A DNA stretch of 64,000 nucleotides from assembly GCA_010909165.1 (NCBI GenBank), contig VJWM01000234.1:124001-188000 (forward strand), in the 5' to 3' direction. The notes below the pieces were generated by a model. It ran no database searches. It was given only the letters and a program-made list of their open reading frames with translations, and was not told the origin of the DNA. This document shows positions 13,780 through 25,250 of the stretch, piece by piece. The DNA is from Anthoceros angustus (Eukaryota > Plantae > Anthocerotophyta). A program made the translations under genes and the position numbers. Each line of letters opens with the position of its first letter. The stretch's first letter is position 1.

Positions 13780-15729
13780 GGGTGCCATGCTTGCGCTCCA
13801 ACACCTAGGATCCCCCATCTTATGCCCCAATTCTTTGCATACCTGGCAAAAGGGGACATACCCCACTTGCTTTCAAGAATCTGGGCAATCATTCGAGTAA
13901 TGTCCGGGTGTTCCGCAGTTATAACAACATCCCTGTGGAATTGCCATTGGTCTTTGGGATGGATCGCCGCCACGGGCTCATGGCGATGTCGTGATCCATA
14001 CCTCAAGGAACAGGTGTAAGTCGCCTCATTGATTGAGGTGGCCGACTTCCAGTGACCGCTTACACCTGATAAGCTTCATCCACATACCAATATTCCCCTG
14101 GCATGACGGTTTCCACATGATTTACAGCATGCCGTGGTGCGCGAATACATTCCCTGTTGGTGTGTCCCGTTTGATGGCAAATTGAGCAATACATCAAATG
14201 TCTCGCCGGTGAGGGAGACCTTCGTGGAGCTTGGTTCTTCACTGCCTTGACCTCTAGCTCGGTCAATCTCTTCGTTAGAGCCCTCCACTTGTCCAGCAAT
14301 TCCGCCTCCTGTGGCTGATGTTTCTCCCTTCTCCATTCGACGAACCGTTTTCCCTTTCCTCTCCTTCTCCAACGCGCGTTCCGCTTCTTCCTGCCTCTTC
14401 TTGACCTTCTCTAAGTCCTTTCTCATCCGATGCTCGTAGGCCCTCTCTGATTCCTCTTCCGATGTGGAGCTTTCTTGAGTTCCACTGTCCTCACTCTCTG
14501 AGGAGGATGATGGCGACGAACTAGAGGAGGTAGAGGAAGACGAGGAACTTGATTGCCTAGATCCTTTCCTTTTCTTATGACTTCGCCTCTTCTTCCTCCT
14601 TCTCCCCAGCTCGGCAGATTCTCATTCCTCAGCCAATCGGATGGCTCCAGCCAGCGTCTTAGTCCCGCGTCTGCAGTGCACCTCCATTTTTTGGGATAAT
14701 CCGCCCACAAACCAATCCAGCGCTTGCTCTTGTGAGTACCCAGAGGTGGGTGGATCCCCCTGCCTCTCGGGCGCACACTTTGGAACTCGATCTAGGTAAC
14801 CATAGAACCTCTCCACATAGTCAAACAGGGATTCTCTCTTCTTCCTACGGAGGGTCCTCAGTTTTGCCAGGGTATGATGAGCGTAACTGAGTCCTCGGAA
14901 GCGATTCAAGAAAGCTGCCTTGAGAGCCTCCCAATCCGTCGGTGCCACCGCGCTATAGGTGCGACCATACCATTGTTGCGCGTGCCCTCTCAGCAGTCCA
15001 GGAAAGATGCGCAGTCGATCGACTCCATCCTCCAAATTGGCGTGGGAGACGTGCTCAAAAGTCCACACAAACGCCTCCGCGTCATCGCCCTTCTTCTTCT
15101 CGCCAAATTTGACGTATTGCTAGCGGCTATGGAGCTGTGGCAGCCCTCCTCCTCCAGCGGCTCCACTCATATTGCTCGTCCCGGCTGCTCCCGCTACTTC
15201 TGTGCTTCTTCTTCCCTCGGTGGACCAGAAAACCGATAGGGTCTTTGGGTGCTGAAATTCTGAACCCGGAGGAGTAGCGACCTCCCCTGTGGTCCGTCCC
15301 AAAAGATCAAGCTGAGCAGTGATACGATCGAGGCATTCAGCCAAATCCTCCGACCAGGCCTGAAACTCCCCGCTACTGACGACCTCGTCGTCGTTGTCAG
15401 TTTCGCTCGAAGTCGGGGTGGTTTCACCGCCTCGAGCGGCCCATCGTTGTGGAAGTTCCGCGACGGTCGCGGGGTGCAGTCCGAGCTCGGGAGAGGACGT
15501 CTCCTCCTCACTCCTCGACACCAACACTTCCTCCACAACCTCCTTCCTCTCGCTATCAGTGAACTCCACCCCTTCTTCCTCCAACCCGTCCTCCCGTCGT
15601 CCACCGTCCTCGCCTACGGGCGTCACGGCAAGGATGGCCTCCTCTTCACTCACCCGTAGCTCGTTTTCTTCCTGCTGTCGATCGGGTGGCGGCAGCAGCA
15701 ATTTCTTCTCTCAAACGATCCCTCCGTGA
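13780..15729 (-). pseudogene. Gypsy gag with three Zn knuckles, frameshifted
   Basis: LRIFPGLLRGHAQQWY...DWEALKAAFLNRF; CSICHQTGHTNREC (~14147-14190), CYNCGTPGHYSNDC (~13885-13926), CQVCKELGHKMGDPRC (~13802-13848). Confidence 0.85.
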
Positions 15730-16009
15730 AGCTCGTAAACCTCTTGCGGTGACAGGTGGGGGCGATCTTCTGCACTCTTCTCCTCGAGTCCTTCCCCTAC
15801 CAGTCATCTGCAAGCATCCTCATGATCTCCAACCCACAGTTGTTAAGAAGGAAGCAACCCACACCCTTTAGTGTCTCATCCGTTCACCCCTATGACAAAT
15901 AGAGTGTATGAAGTTCCCTCTTCACCACATATGGTCAACCCTCAGTCCCTTCTTCAACATTCTGCAGCCTAACGATGGAAATCACAGCATTCAAATTTCC
16001 TGCGACAAG

Positions 16010-16027
16010 TCCCCGGCAACGGCGCCA
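16010..16027 (-). promoter_or_regulatory. Primer-binding site, tRNA-Asp
   Basis: TGGCGCCGTTGCCGGGGA on minus, 18 nt complementary to the plant tRNA-Asp 3' end; the Athila-type PBS. Confidence 0.93.
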
Positions 16028-16033
16028 AAAATG

Positions 16034-17297
16034 TGGGAGGTAGAGGATTTAGAGTTAGAGCCCGGCAAGGTAGTCACGATCTCTAGGTATCTAGGAGAGG
16101 TGAGAAAGAGGAGTTCCGTAGTGTGCTTAGGGAGTATGGATGTGTTTGCTTTCAAGATTACTGACATGACAGGAATTCCGGAGGAGCTAGGTATACATCG
16201 GATTGATCTGAAGGAGGGAAGCGCTCCTGTGAGGATTAAGCAGTATAGATTGAATCCCAAATATTCCATGGTCGTTAAGGATCAACTCGACCAATATTTT
16301 GAAGCAGGGGTGATCTACCCGGTGCTCACTAGAGTGGGTCGCTCCTATTGTGATGGTGCCCAAGAAGCAGCAGGGAAAGGTTCGGGTGTGCCAAGATTTC
16401 AAGAGGCTTAACGAAGCCAGGAAGAAGGATCACCACCCCTTAACCTTCATGGACAGTGTGCTGGATACGGTAGCCGGACATGAGATGTATAGTTTCTTGG
16501 ACGGATACTCTGGGTACAATCAGATTTCGCTAAGGAAGGAAGACCAGGACAAGATGACATTCACAACAGATTGGGGCACTTACGCTTATTCGAAGCTCCC
16601 TTTCGGGTTGTGTAATGCGCGCGCCACTTTCCAGCGAGTAGTGAACGCTATATTCCGAGATTTCTTACGGAAGTTCATGGAGGTATTCCTGGATGATTTT
16701 TGCGTGTTTGGGAGAAGGAAACTGCATCTGGACTATTTGAGACAGTGTTTCCAGAAGTGCAGAGAGTCGAACATGAAACTTCATCCGGGGAAATGTTATT
16801 TTGGTATAACGGAGGGCATATTATTGGCACATCGAGTTTCAGTACGAGGATTGCAGGTAGATAGGGAGAAAGTAGCAATGATAGCAGAGATGGATGCCCC
16901 GCAAACGGTGAGGCAGGTGCGAGCTTTTATAGGACTAGTAGGGTATTACAGGAGGTCTATCAAGGACTTCGCCAAGAAGGCAGCCTTGTTGACGCAGCTG
17001 ACCAAGAAGGATGTACCCTTTGAATGGACGATCGCGAGGCAGGAGGCCTTTCAACAGCTGAAGGTTAGTTTGGTGAGCGCACCAACATTACAACCCCCAG
17101 ATTGGGAAAAGCCGTTTCATGTATATGTGGATGTGTCCGCTTATGCCATTGGGACCATCTTGAGTTAGAAGGACGAAAAGAAACGGGATCACCCGATTTT
17201 CTATCCTGGGAGGCAGCTCACGGATGCTGAGAGGAACTACTCAACCACGGAGCAAGAGGGTCTTGGGATTATCTACTCCTGTAAGAAGTTTAGACGT
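16034..17297 (+). mobile_element. Ty3/Gypsy pol fragment (RT, start of RNase H)
   Basis: 272-aa ORF 16350-17168: CQDFKRLN, SFLDGYSGYNQI, PFGLCNA, VFLDDF, FIGLVGYYRR. Confidence 0.95.
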
Positions 17298-17839
17298 AAA
17301 GTCGCGGCCTCGTCTGGGGCCTCGACGCGCCTAGTTGGTTTTTTTTCGGGGGGTTGGAGGTGGATTTCTAGAGAGAGAATTGACCTTTTGGTCATTATTT
17401 TACTCAATATAGTAAATTTTGTTACAATCGGGTGAAAAACATGCCACATGGGGTGAAAATAATCCACCATCAATGTTACAGGCAGAGCAATAGGGTAAAA
17501 AAAAAATGACCACCAAGTGAACACCAGGTACTCTACTAGAAGCTCATTCTAGAAATCCCACCAAAATCGCTAATCTGGCAAAAAAAAATTTTGTTAAGTA
17601 ATATTCATGCGGATCCAGGATATACAAAAAACCAACAAAGAAACGTCTTCTTTACAGAGTTTCCTGTATATCCAGAAATGGCATGAAATACAAATTCAGG
17701 TAATGCAAAGAAAATACCAGAATAGATTGAACTCTGCTTCAACCGGATAAAGCCTAAAACCAAAACAAAAATTAGCACCAAAACAATAATTAGGCTGATA
17801 ATTAAGGACACCATAAAAGCTTAGGCAATAATACTCACC

Positions 17840-18220
17840 TTATTTTGCGAAATTGACTGTACAATTGTACAAATTGAATATGAAATTTTCACGACCACTT
17901 GGCTTGATTGGCATAACTTGTCCAACATTATCATAGTTGGCAAGAAGAAATTGATGAACTTGAGGACTACGAAAAAATTGTCCATCTTCCTGCAAGGACA
18001 CCTAATTAAAAATAATAATTAGATTTCAATCTGCTAGAACTGATTTAAAAGAGCATTAGTACACTTACTGATCCAGACGGATTTTGTCGAATGGCAGTGA
18101 GCATATCTTGAGGCACATTATCATTCTTTTGCTCCTATTGTCTTTGTCACTGCAATCTTCGAATCTCTTGCTGCTCTTTCTGCTGCTGCTTGAGGAACAT
18201 AGTCACGACAACACCACAAA
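17840..18220 (-). pseudogene. Last two exons of an unidentified spliced gene
   Basis: Exon 18220-18069, intron 18068-17990 (GTAAGT...TGCAG, phase 0), exon 17989-17840 of exactly 50 codons ending FNLYNCTVNFAK*. Two in-frame stops in the upstream exon. Confidence 0.55.
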
Positions 18221-18719
18221 CTGTATCCGAACGTATCGCACACTTTAACAGACTACACTTACAACAAAGCTTTCCAAACAACCTCCCAGTAGTCCGTTAG
18301 GTCTTCCAACGTAAGGCATTTCCTGAAACGGCAAGACCGAGAATCAAACTATGCACAAACAGATAACAAACACGCGCAGAACAATCTGCATCTGTAACAC
18401 AAAAACAACAGGTCAAAAAATTTAAAACGTTAATCGCGCGTCTCCCAATGGTGCATCACACCACATACCGCTTCGAAGCGAACAAGGGCGAGCGCTAGAC
18501 TACAAAAAGTAGGCATCAGAGAACACCATGCGGTGAAACAAAAGCGAGAGAAAGTCACGAGACAACACATAGTCACGACAACGAACACGTATCTTGAGCA
18601 CGGTAAACAAACCATGCCAATCGCAAACTCGGAGCGTCAATGGACTTCTTGCAACAAAACTAATCAGCGAACAACGAACACACTAACGCCGGCATAGAGC
18701 ATGAGCGAACGACATATAT

Positions 18720-19580
18720 AAAAATGGCCTGAAAGGACCGAGACAACAGAAACAGCAAGCGTGGCGGGAAGTGCAAGCCACAGAGGACCCGCAACAACAA
18801 TCGAGGCGAAAACAAGCGCACATCAAGCAAAACCGGAGACCAGCCAAAAGACCACATCGGACAAAGTGCAAAGCGAGCACGATCTTGGCCTTTACAAGAA
18901 CACCAGATATCTCGCAAGACACATGCAGACACTACAAAACTAGGAGGACAAGAACACATGCAACGCCTACAAAATGAGAAGGAACCCAAAGCGCCGCACA
19001 AAACAACACGGAAAAGACACCGGCCTTCAAGCTCGGAACCTTCGCCTTGACAACAACCGCTCGTTCGAAATGAAAAACGTTGACGAAATACAAATGGCCT
19101 TTGGAAGGACCGAGATAGAAGCCAGCACAAGCAAATGTGACAAGGAAGTGCAAGCCGCACACAAAGGACAAGCAACATCAACAACAATCAAGGCCGAAAA
19201 CAACTCACAACGCAACACCGAGCAGACAAAAAGACGACATCAAACAAAGGTGCAAACATAAGCAGGATCTTTGCCTTTAACCTCCAGAAACTTAGCCGTC
19301 AAAACCAAGCAACCTTGGCCTTCGGGAAGAGGCAGATGGCCTACTGGATGAAAAACGAATCACCGTCACAACAGAACAACAACTACTAAACTAGACCAGA
19401 CCTTGGCCTTCGGACATACCTATCCCTGCAATAAGGACACAAACCAAGATGACCTTGGCCTTCGGACGTGCAATATACGGAGAAAAACGAAGCAAACACA
19501 GGAAGACCTCGGGCTTGGACGTTCAAAACTAAGACAAAGAACAAACCAAAAGACAGAACCTTGGAACCTTGGCCTCGGAG
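18720..19580. repeat. Degenerate A/C-rich repeat region
   Basis: About ten copies of an (A)CCTTGGCCTT(C)-like motif; 18720-18895 resembles 19090-19280. Confidence 0.6.
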
Positions 19581-19734
19581 CGGGAAGTGGAAAAAGAAAT
19601 GTGGAGAAAGCGCTTAAATAGCCTACCAAACCCTAGGGTTTCTCCTCTGCCGATGCGTAGTTCTCTCTCTACCAGGCCTCATTTCAATTTTCAACACGGA
19701 TTTCCGGAACAAAATGCAACGAACGAGAGCTACC

Positions 19735-20979
19735 TTTTGCTCTTCTCCACAGCAACAATACCACACAAAATTCTGAGGATCTTCTCCTTCAATACTGGAG
19801 CTGCCCGCCTTAGGACAGTCACCAGTGGCTTCAGTCCATCCATGGAAACGATTCGCTTGTACTTTGAGTCAGCATCAATCAGAGACTTTATAATATGCAC
19901 TGCTTCTTCGTGCTCTGCAGGGCTATCTTTTGAATCTTCTCAAGAGCTAAAATAAGAGTCTCGTGACCCCTCCGATCAAAAAACTCTTCCATGGCCTGCC
20001 GAAGATTTAGGTTGGGCACTAGCTCCAAGGAATCCAGTTCTTTCCCAGTGTCTGGACATGTGCGATTCCCTCTGTGGAACCACTCCAGGATGGCGGATTT
20101 TCATACGTATAACCTGCCTCCAAGATCATCACGGCTCTAGCATAACTTGCCTAGTAATTGGACAAATAAAAGAACTTGGGATGGGAACGCTGCGATCTGG
20201 ACTGAGTGGGAAAAATCTTTGAGATGCTAATCTACGTGCGTCGGCGAGAACAGCTGCAGGTCTGAGAAGCTGACACAACTCTGTCAACACCTGTATATCC
20301 GATTCCAGATTCTCCCGTTCAGCTGTAGCTAGGTCATCCTCCAGCTCTACCTTGAGCTCAGCTGCCGACAGGGGCACCTGGAGGAACTCAGCAATAGATC
20401 GAAGCAAGCTAGTGGCATATGGCTCATCGGTCTGGCATCGATCCAGACCAACTTTAATAGCTATAGCCAACTGCTCCAGACCAGGATCCAAAAGAAGGCC
20501 GCCGACTCTAACTTACGCCTCAGGTTCTTCACATGTGCCTCAAAGGGCAAAAGAGACAAAGGAAAGAGGTCTAAGCTGTCCATCATATCCTTGGTCAGCG
20601 CTTTGATCTTTAAAAGAAGCGCACTACTCTGGTGTACCAGATAGATGCGACTATGCGCGATGCCTGCTTGGTAACCATGTAAACCTTGTCTGCCAAAATC
20701 GCAAGCTTAAACAGAGCCAGCTTCATGTCCAATGACTGAAAAGCTCCGGCTGAGTCAGGTGTTCCAGCAAGGCTTCAACTCCGCCAGGTGAATCGCCATC
20801 ACCAAGAAGTTGGTTTTATTGATTACCACGCTGTTCACAATCTTCTTCGTCTCATCAATGGAGGCCAAAATGGCAGCCACCTTATCCGCACACTCCAGTG
20901 TGGTCCCCATGTCGATCTTCATGTCCGCTGGGCGAGCGATTGGTGCCCCACTCGAGCATGCGTCAGGCATGCTCACCAC
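19735..20979 (-). CDS. Plant U-box (PUB) E3 ubiquitin ligase with N-terminal UND-like region and start of ARM repeats; first coding exon
   Basis: SRIYLVH N-terminal motif; U-box PSSFICPITRQVMLEPV...GYTYE..AILEWF..GNRTCPDTG..L....LVPNLNLRQAMEEF (~20200-19985); ARM-like IVSMDGLKPLVTVL; donor near 19735. Several frameshifts needed. Confidence 0.9.
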
Positions 20980-21949
20980 TAACCGAGGAGCTCAGGGTCT
21001 GAAAGTCATACCTGCCATCTTCCTCAACAAGGAGCACAGATGAGTAACCTGATGCTATCTCATGAAAGGACATGAAGAGCATTTCACCAGCTGTGAGTCA
21101 ATCGCAACCCTTCCAGCGACCCTACGGTGCAACCAATTCTCCAACCACGGGAGTCACGCTGCATTCCATGAACCGGGCGCAGAGCAAATCGCTAAGAACG
21201 CCTCCCTCTTCTACGACAGGATCTTCTATCGACCTAAAATTGCGACACAAAGAACCACTCCCGTGACCTGAGGCCGGCCTCCAGCAAGACGTCTCCTCGT
21301 GCTGCGGTGCATTTTGAGCCGACCAGGAGCTGCAGAACTCGGAGCAGACAGAAGAGTGACATCCAACTCGAGCGCCCAATCGCGAGGAGCCGACCTGCAT
21401 CACGTCATCGCCCCAGCTTCAGGCAGAATACAGATATCAGCCTGCCATGCTGTCCTGCTCCATCCGGATCCGATCCATGGAACTGTTAGAAACGCAAGCC
21501 CGTGCGGTCAACATGTGTGAGCACTTGCGCGTCCTGAGTCTTGACCGGCTTGACCAGAATGTGGCACTGATCAGCCAAGCTCGTACGACGGGCGGTGGCG
21601 GACTTGCGAAGGAAGCCTATAATAGGAAGGAGGAAGGAAAGGAAACCACCGGCCCAGGCTCCGGCTCCAGCTCCAACTTCAACTAGAAGCTGACCATCCG
21701 TTCGAAGTCAGCTGAATCGTTCGCAAACGTGAATATGAGAAACAACATTTTCTCGCCTCGTACGTTTTCCCTCGTTTACCGGACAACCGAATATACCCTG
21801 AATCCACAAATTGCAAAATGTAGCCTGCTTGATTTCCCTTGGTATCTTTCGTGTAGGTAACCAAGGCGCACCTTCTCTTTGCTATCCCTAACCTCAAACA
21901 TTCCCGGTCCAACCCGACATTGTCGTCGTGGGAGACGGAAACCGATGGA

Positions 21950-22380
21950 GGAGGAAAAGGAAAAGTCGAAAAGACGGGGAGGAGGGAGACTCGGGGAATT
22001 GAGGAAGAGAAGAGGGGAAGAGGGGGAAGAGAAGAGGGAAGGGGGTCATGCCATCACATTGCCTTCCTCCTCTTCCTCCGAGCCGTCTTCCTCCTCCTCC
22101 TTTGCATCGCTATTGAAAAGCCCAAACCTTTTCTTGGAATTGCCTTCCTCCTCTTCCTTTGAGTCATTTTCTCCTCCTCCATGGTGCCACAAAACCCAAA
22201 GCTTTTAAATCATTCTCTCCCTCCGATTCCTCTTCCTCCGATTCCTCTTCCTCCGTGTCGCTGCCAAAAACCAAACCTTTTTCCGGAATCACTCTCCTCC
22301 CGCTGCCTTCCTTCTCTTCCTCCATGTCACCGCCAAACCTTTTCCAATCATTCTCTTAATTTTTCTTGTTGAAAGGAGCT
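21950..22380 (-). repeat. Four degenerate copies of CCAAACCTTTT..AAT plus CT-rich tracts (acidic peptide repeat on minus)
   Basis: Copies at ~22118, ~22194, ~22268, ~22333. Confidence 0.6.
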
Positions 22381-23116
22381 CCTCATAGCCTCCTCCTTTG
22401 GAAGTACTAGCGGAACCTCGGAAGTTTGGTCTTGCACCTCTTCCTCGGTTAGACGTGTAAAGGGCTTGTTGTTTACCTGCACGCCTATAAGAACCTCTGC
22501 TTGCTTCCTCCTGAAGCAATGCTCCCACTAGCTCAGAAAAGCTTATTGCTAGCAATGTCCTTTTTGCTGCATCAGCTAACGCCTCTGCTTGTGTTTGTGA
22601 AGCAATGTAGGAGGTCACAAAGTGTGACCATGATTCGGGCAACAAAATGAGAAGCCGGACACATAGCTTCCATCATTCAGTATCTCCCCAAAAGTTCCTT
22701 GAACCTTAGAAGCTAAGGTTCTAAACACACCAATGTGTTTTTCTATTGAGTCTCCATCCCTCATCTTGTAGTTCTAGAAATTCCTCAATGCTACCATTAC
22801 ACTCATGATATTGAGTCCTCGAACAGTCCTTCAATCTTTGCTGATCTGCAGCTTGACCGAGCCCACCAACTGCCTCTCAACATGTCGATGTTAGGCCACT
22901 ACATATGGTACATGGTTGCGTTCTTGATTGTCCATACTTCAAGCGCATCCGATCCAACACTTTCTGCAGTCTTTCCTTGTCACTAGTTATGACTTTCCAA
23001 AGTCTGCAGTTTTGAAGTGCTCCTGCCATTCCGATGACCCAAATATCATAGTCGGTCCCTCCAAACCTATCTTTTTCTTTGAAACCATCTCCAAAGAATG
23101 CTTGACGATTCGCCAT
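22289..23116 (-). mobile_element. Copia gag fragment
   Basis: FKEKDRFGGTDYDIW...LWKVI; LPESWSHFVTS...LVGALLQEE; same family signature as 45429-46132. Confidence 0.85.
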
Positions 23117-23551
23117 TGTGTATGCAAGCTACGTGTGCCTTCAAGATGTTTCACTTATCTTGGTTAATGTCAAAGAGGTCACTAAGGAATGTCAGCCATG
23201 CAACAAAGCTTAAAGCATGGAAGTTATTTGGCTCGAAAAGAGTAACTGCCGCTCAAAATCCTAGTCTGTCTCATCTCCCATCTCCATTATATCATAGGTT
23301 GAGCAGGAAGGGCGCAAATTAGGAGTATCAAATTTGTTGTTACCATTGCTTTTGTTAGTGCCTTTATGTGCTATTCCTCTAAATGCAGGATCTTTTTGCA
23401 ATTCAGATTTAACCAATGTAAGCAATTTGAAGTCCAAATGCGCAATCTGCTCCTGCAAATCATGTACATCCATGTGCTTGCAACATTGTGATTATAGTTG
23501 TGATAACATTTGTCCACGTTTTTGTTGATTGTTTGAGGTGCAGCGTGCGTT

Positions 23552-24556
23552 GTGAGAAAACTACGAGGGCTTTCAGTTAGAATGTTGAATGCAGATAATC
23601 ATACACATGTCCTGTTTACTAATACAGAATGCCAGGTAATAGACTCTTTTGATCATAGGAAGATACTTGCCTATGGGTCATCAGATCACGACATGTTTCG
23701 CCTCCATACTCAGAGTGGAGCAGTAGGGTCACACCTTGCCAAGGATGTCTCCCAAGCCTCTGCACAACAAATAACAAAAACTCAATTGTGGCATGTTAGA
23801 CTAGGTCACCCCCACAGTGCTAAGTTGCAGAAACTAGCTACTAGTGACCCTATGAAGATAGATATTGGTGTCGCTTGACTACCTTACCCTTGTGTAAATC
23901 ATGCGTCTTGTCTAAGAGGCATCAAGCAACTTTTCACAATCAGGCTCCCCATAGAGCCTCTGAAGTGCTTAATTTAGTTCACACAGACCTATGTGGACCT
24001 CTTTTTCAAGAGTCCATAGGTGGCGGGAAGTACTTCTTAACCTTCACAGATGATAAGACACGTTTTGTTACCTCTTACATCTTGAAGAACAAGAGTGAAT
24101 GCTTCTCTCGTTTTAAGGAATATATGAAACATGCTGAGAGATGACTGGAAAGCAGTTAAAGACTCTTCGATCTGACAATGGAGGGGAATTCACATCAGGA
24201 GAATTCCCCACATATTGTGCAGATGAAGGGATAGGTAGACAACTTACAGTTGTCTATACACCTCAACAGAATGGTGTTGCTGAGCGCCTAAATTTGATCT
24301 TGCAAGAGATGACTTCCTCTCTTCTCCATCAAGCTCAGCTACCATTGCCCTATTGGGCAAAAGCTCTTATGACCTCTACATACTTACGGAACAGACTGCC
24401 AACCAGTGATGTTGTCGGGATGACACCCTATAGGTCTTCACTGGCAGGAAGCCATCTCTTCTCCACTTGAAGATGTTTGGTTGTCTTGTCTATGCCTTCA
24501 TACCTAAAGAGAAGCGCAAGAAATTCTCAAAAGGCAAGCTTCTAATATTGGGCTAT
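23552..24556 (+). mobile_element. Copia pol fragment (GAG-pre-integrase and integrase)
   Basis: LWHVRLGHP, CKSC..SK, VHTDLCGP, LRSDNGGEF, YTPQQNGVAERLN; cut by a Gypsy LTR end at 24557. Confidence 0.92.
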
Positions 24557-25250
24557 TGTGGGAGAGAAGCCGGGGCTTAGATTCCCCTCTACGCCACACT
24601 TATCCCACTATCGCCTGCATACATTGGGTTTCATCCCATGAGACTTGTGTGAACAATCGGATTCTGGAGAACCAATCGCTATTTGTAGCAACACACTACC
24701 TCAGCCTTCTAAACAAGCAAGGCGCTCTCTAAAGTTCCCTCTACAGTAGCTGCACCTCCTGCACTGCTCTGAAAAACCGCCAGTTCTCGACCTACAACGA
24801 CACTACACAATTGCAGGTCATGCCTTAGCAGCAAGGAGTCTATCGCGGGCGCCCAGGGACCCCCTGACCCACACCGCAACTTCGTCCCTACTTCTAAGAC
24901 CAATCTCTACTCGGGGCGCCCTATTACTTGCAGTTTGGGATTCGGCCCTTAGGCTCGCTTGTGGCCTTCCACTATTACCTACACTCTAATCCGCTACCCA
25001 TCATCCACTCATCATCCTCCTCAATGCTCAACTCATCTCCTCGTCCTCCTCCTATTCTAACCTCAATTCAGGCTCACTGGCCTCGGCTCACCCTTACGGC
25101 ACAACTACCTGGGGTCCGCCTACAAGCTAGCAAGTTCTTCCTTGGGCCGGTTGCTATGAGTTTGACACTGCAATGAGAACCTCTGTGAGTCTTTCCCCGT
25201 AGTCTACCCTCAAGCCGAGTTCCTTGGGCATCGCCACAAACCCAAATAAT
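24557..25250 (-). repeat. Gypsy LTR fragment
   Basis: Reverse-complement homologue of ~44600-45212; ends CTCCCACA on minus at 24557. Confidence 0.8.

Larger units (their letters stand above)
12638..16033 (-). mobile_element. Athila-like Gypsy derivative: PBS, gag, accessory ORF2, no pol
   Basis: tRNA-Asp PBS, retrotransposon gag core, Zn knuckles, then direct entry into sequence homologous to the ORF2 at 32.2-32.9 kb. Confidence 0.8.

Noticed and set aside
16010-16027. tRNA-Asp 3' end sequence on the plus strand
   Set aside because: Only 18 nt including CCA, next to an LTR end and upstream of gag on minus: it is a PBS, not a tRNA gene.
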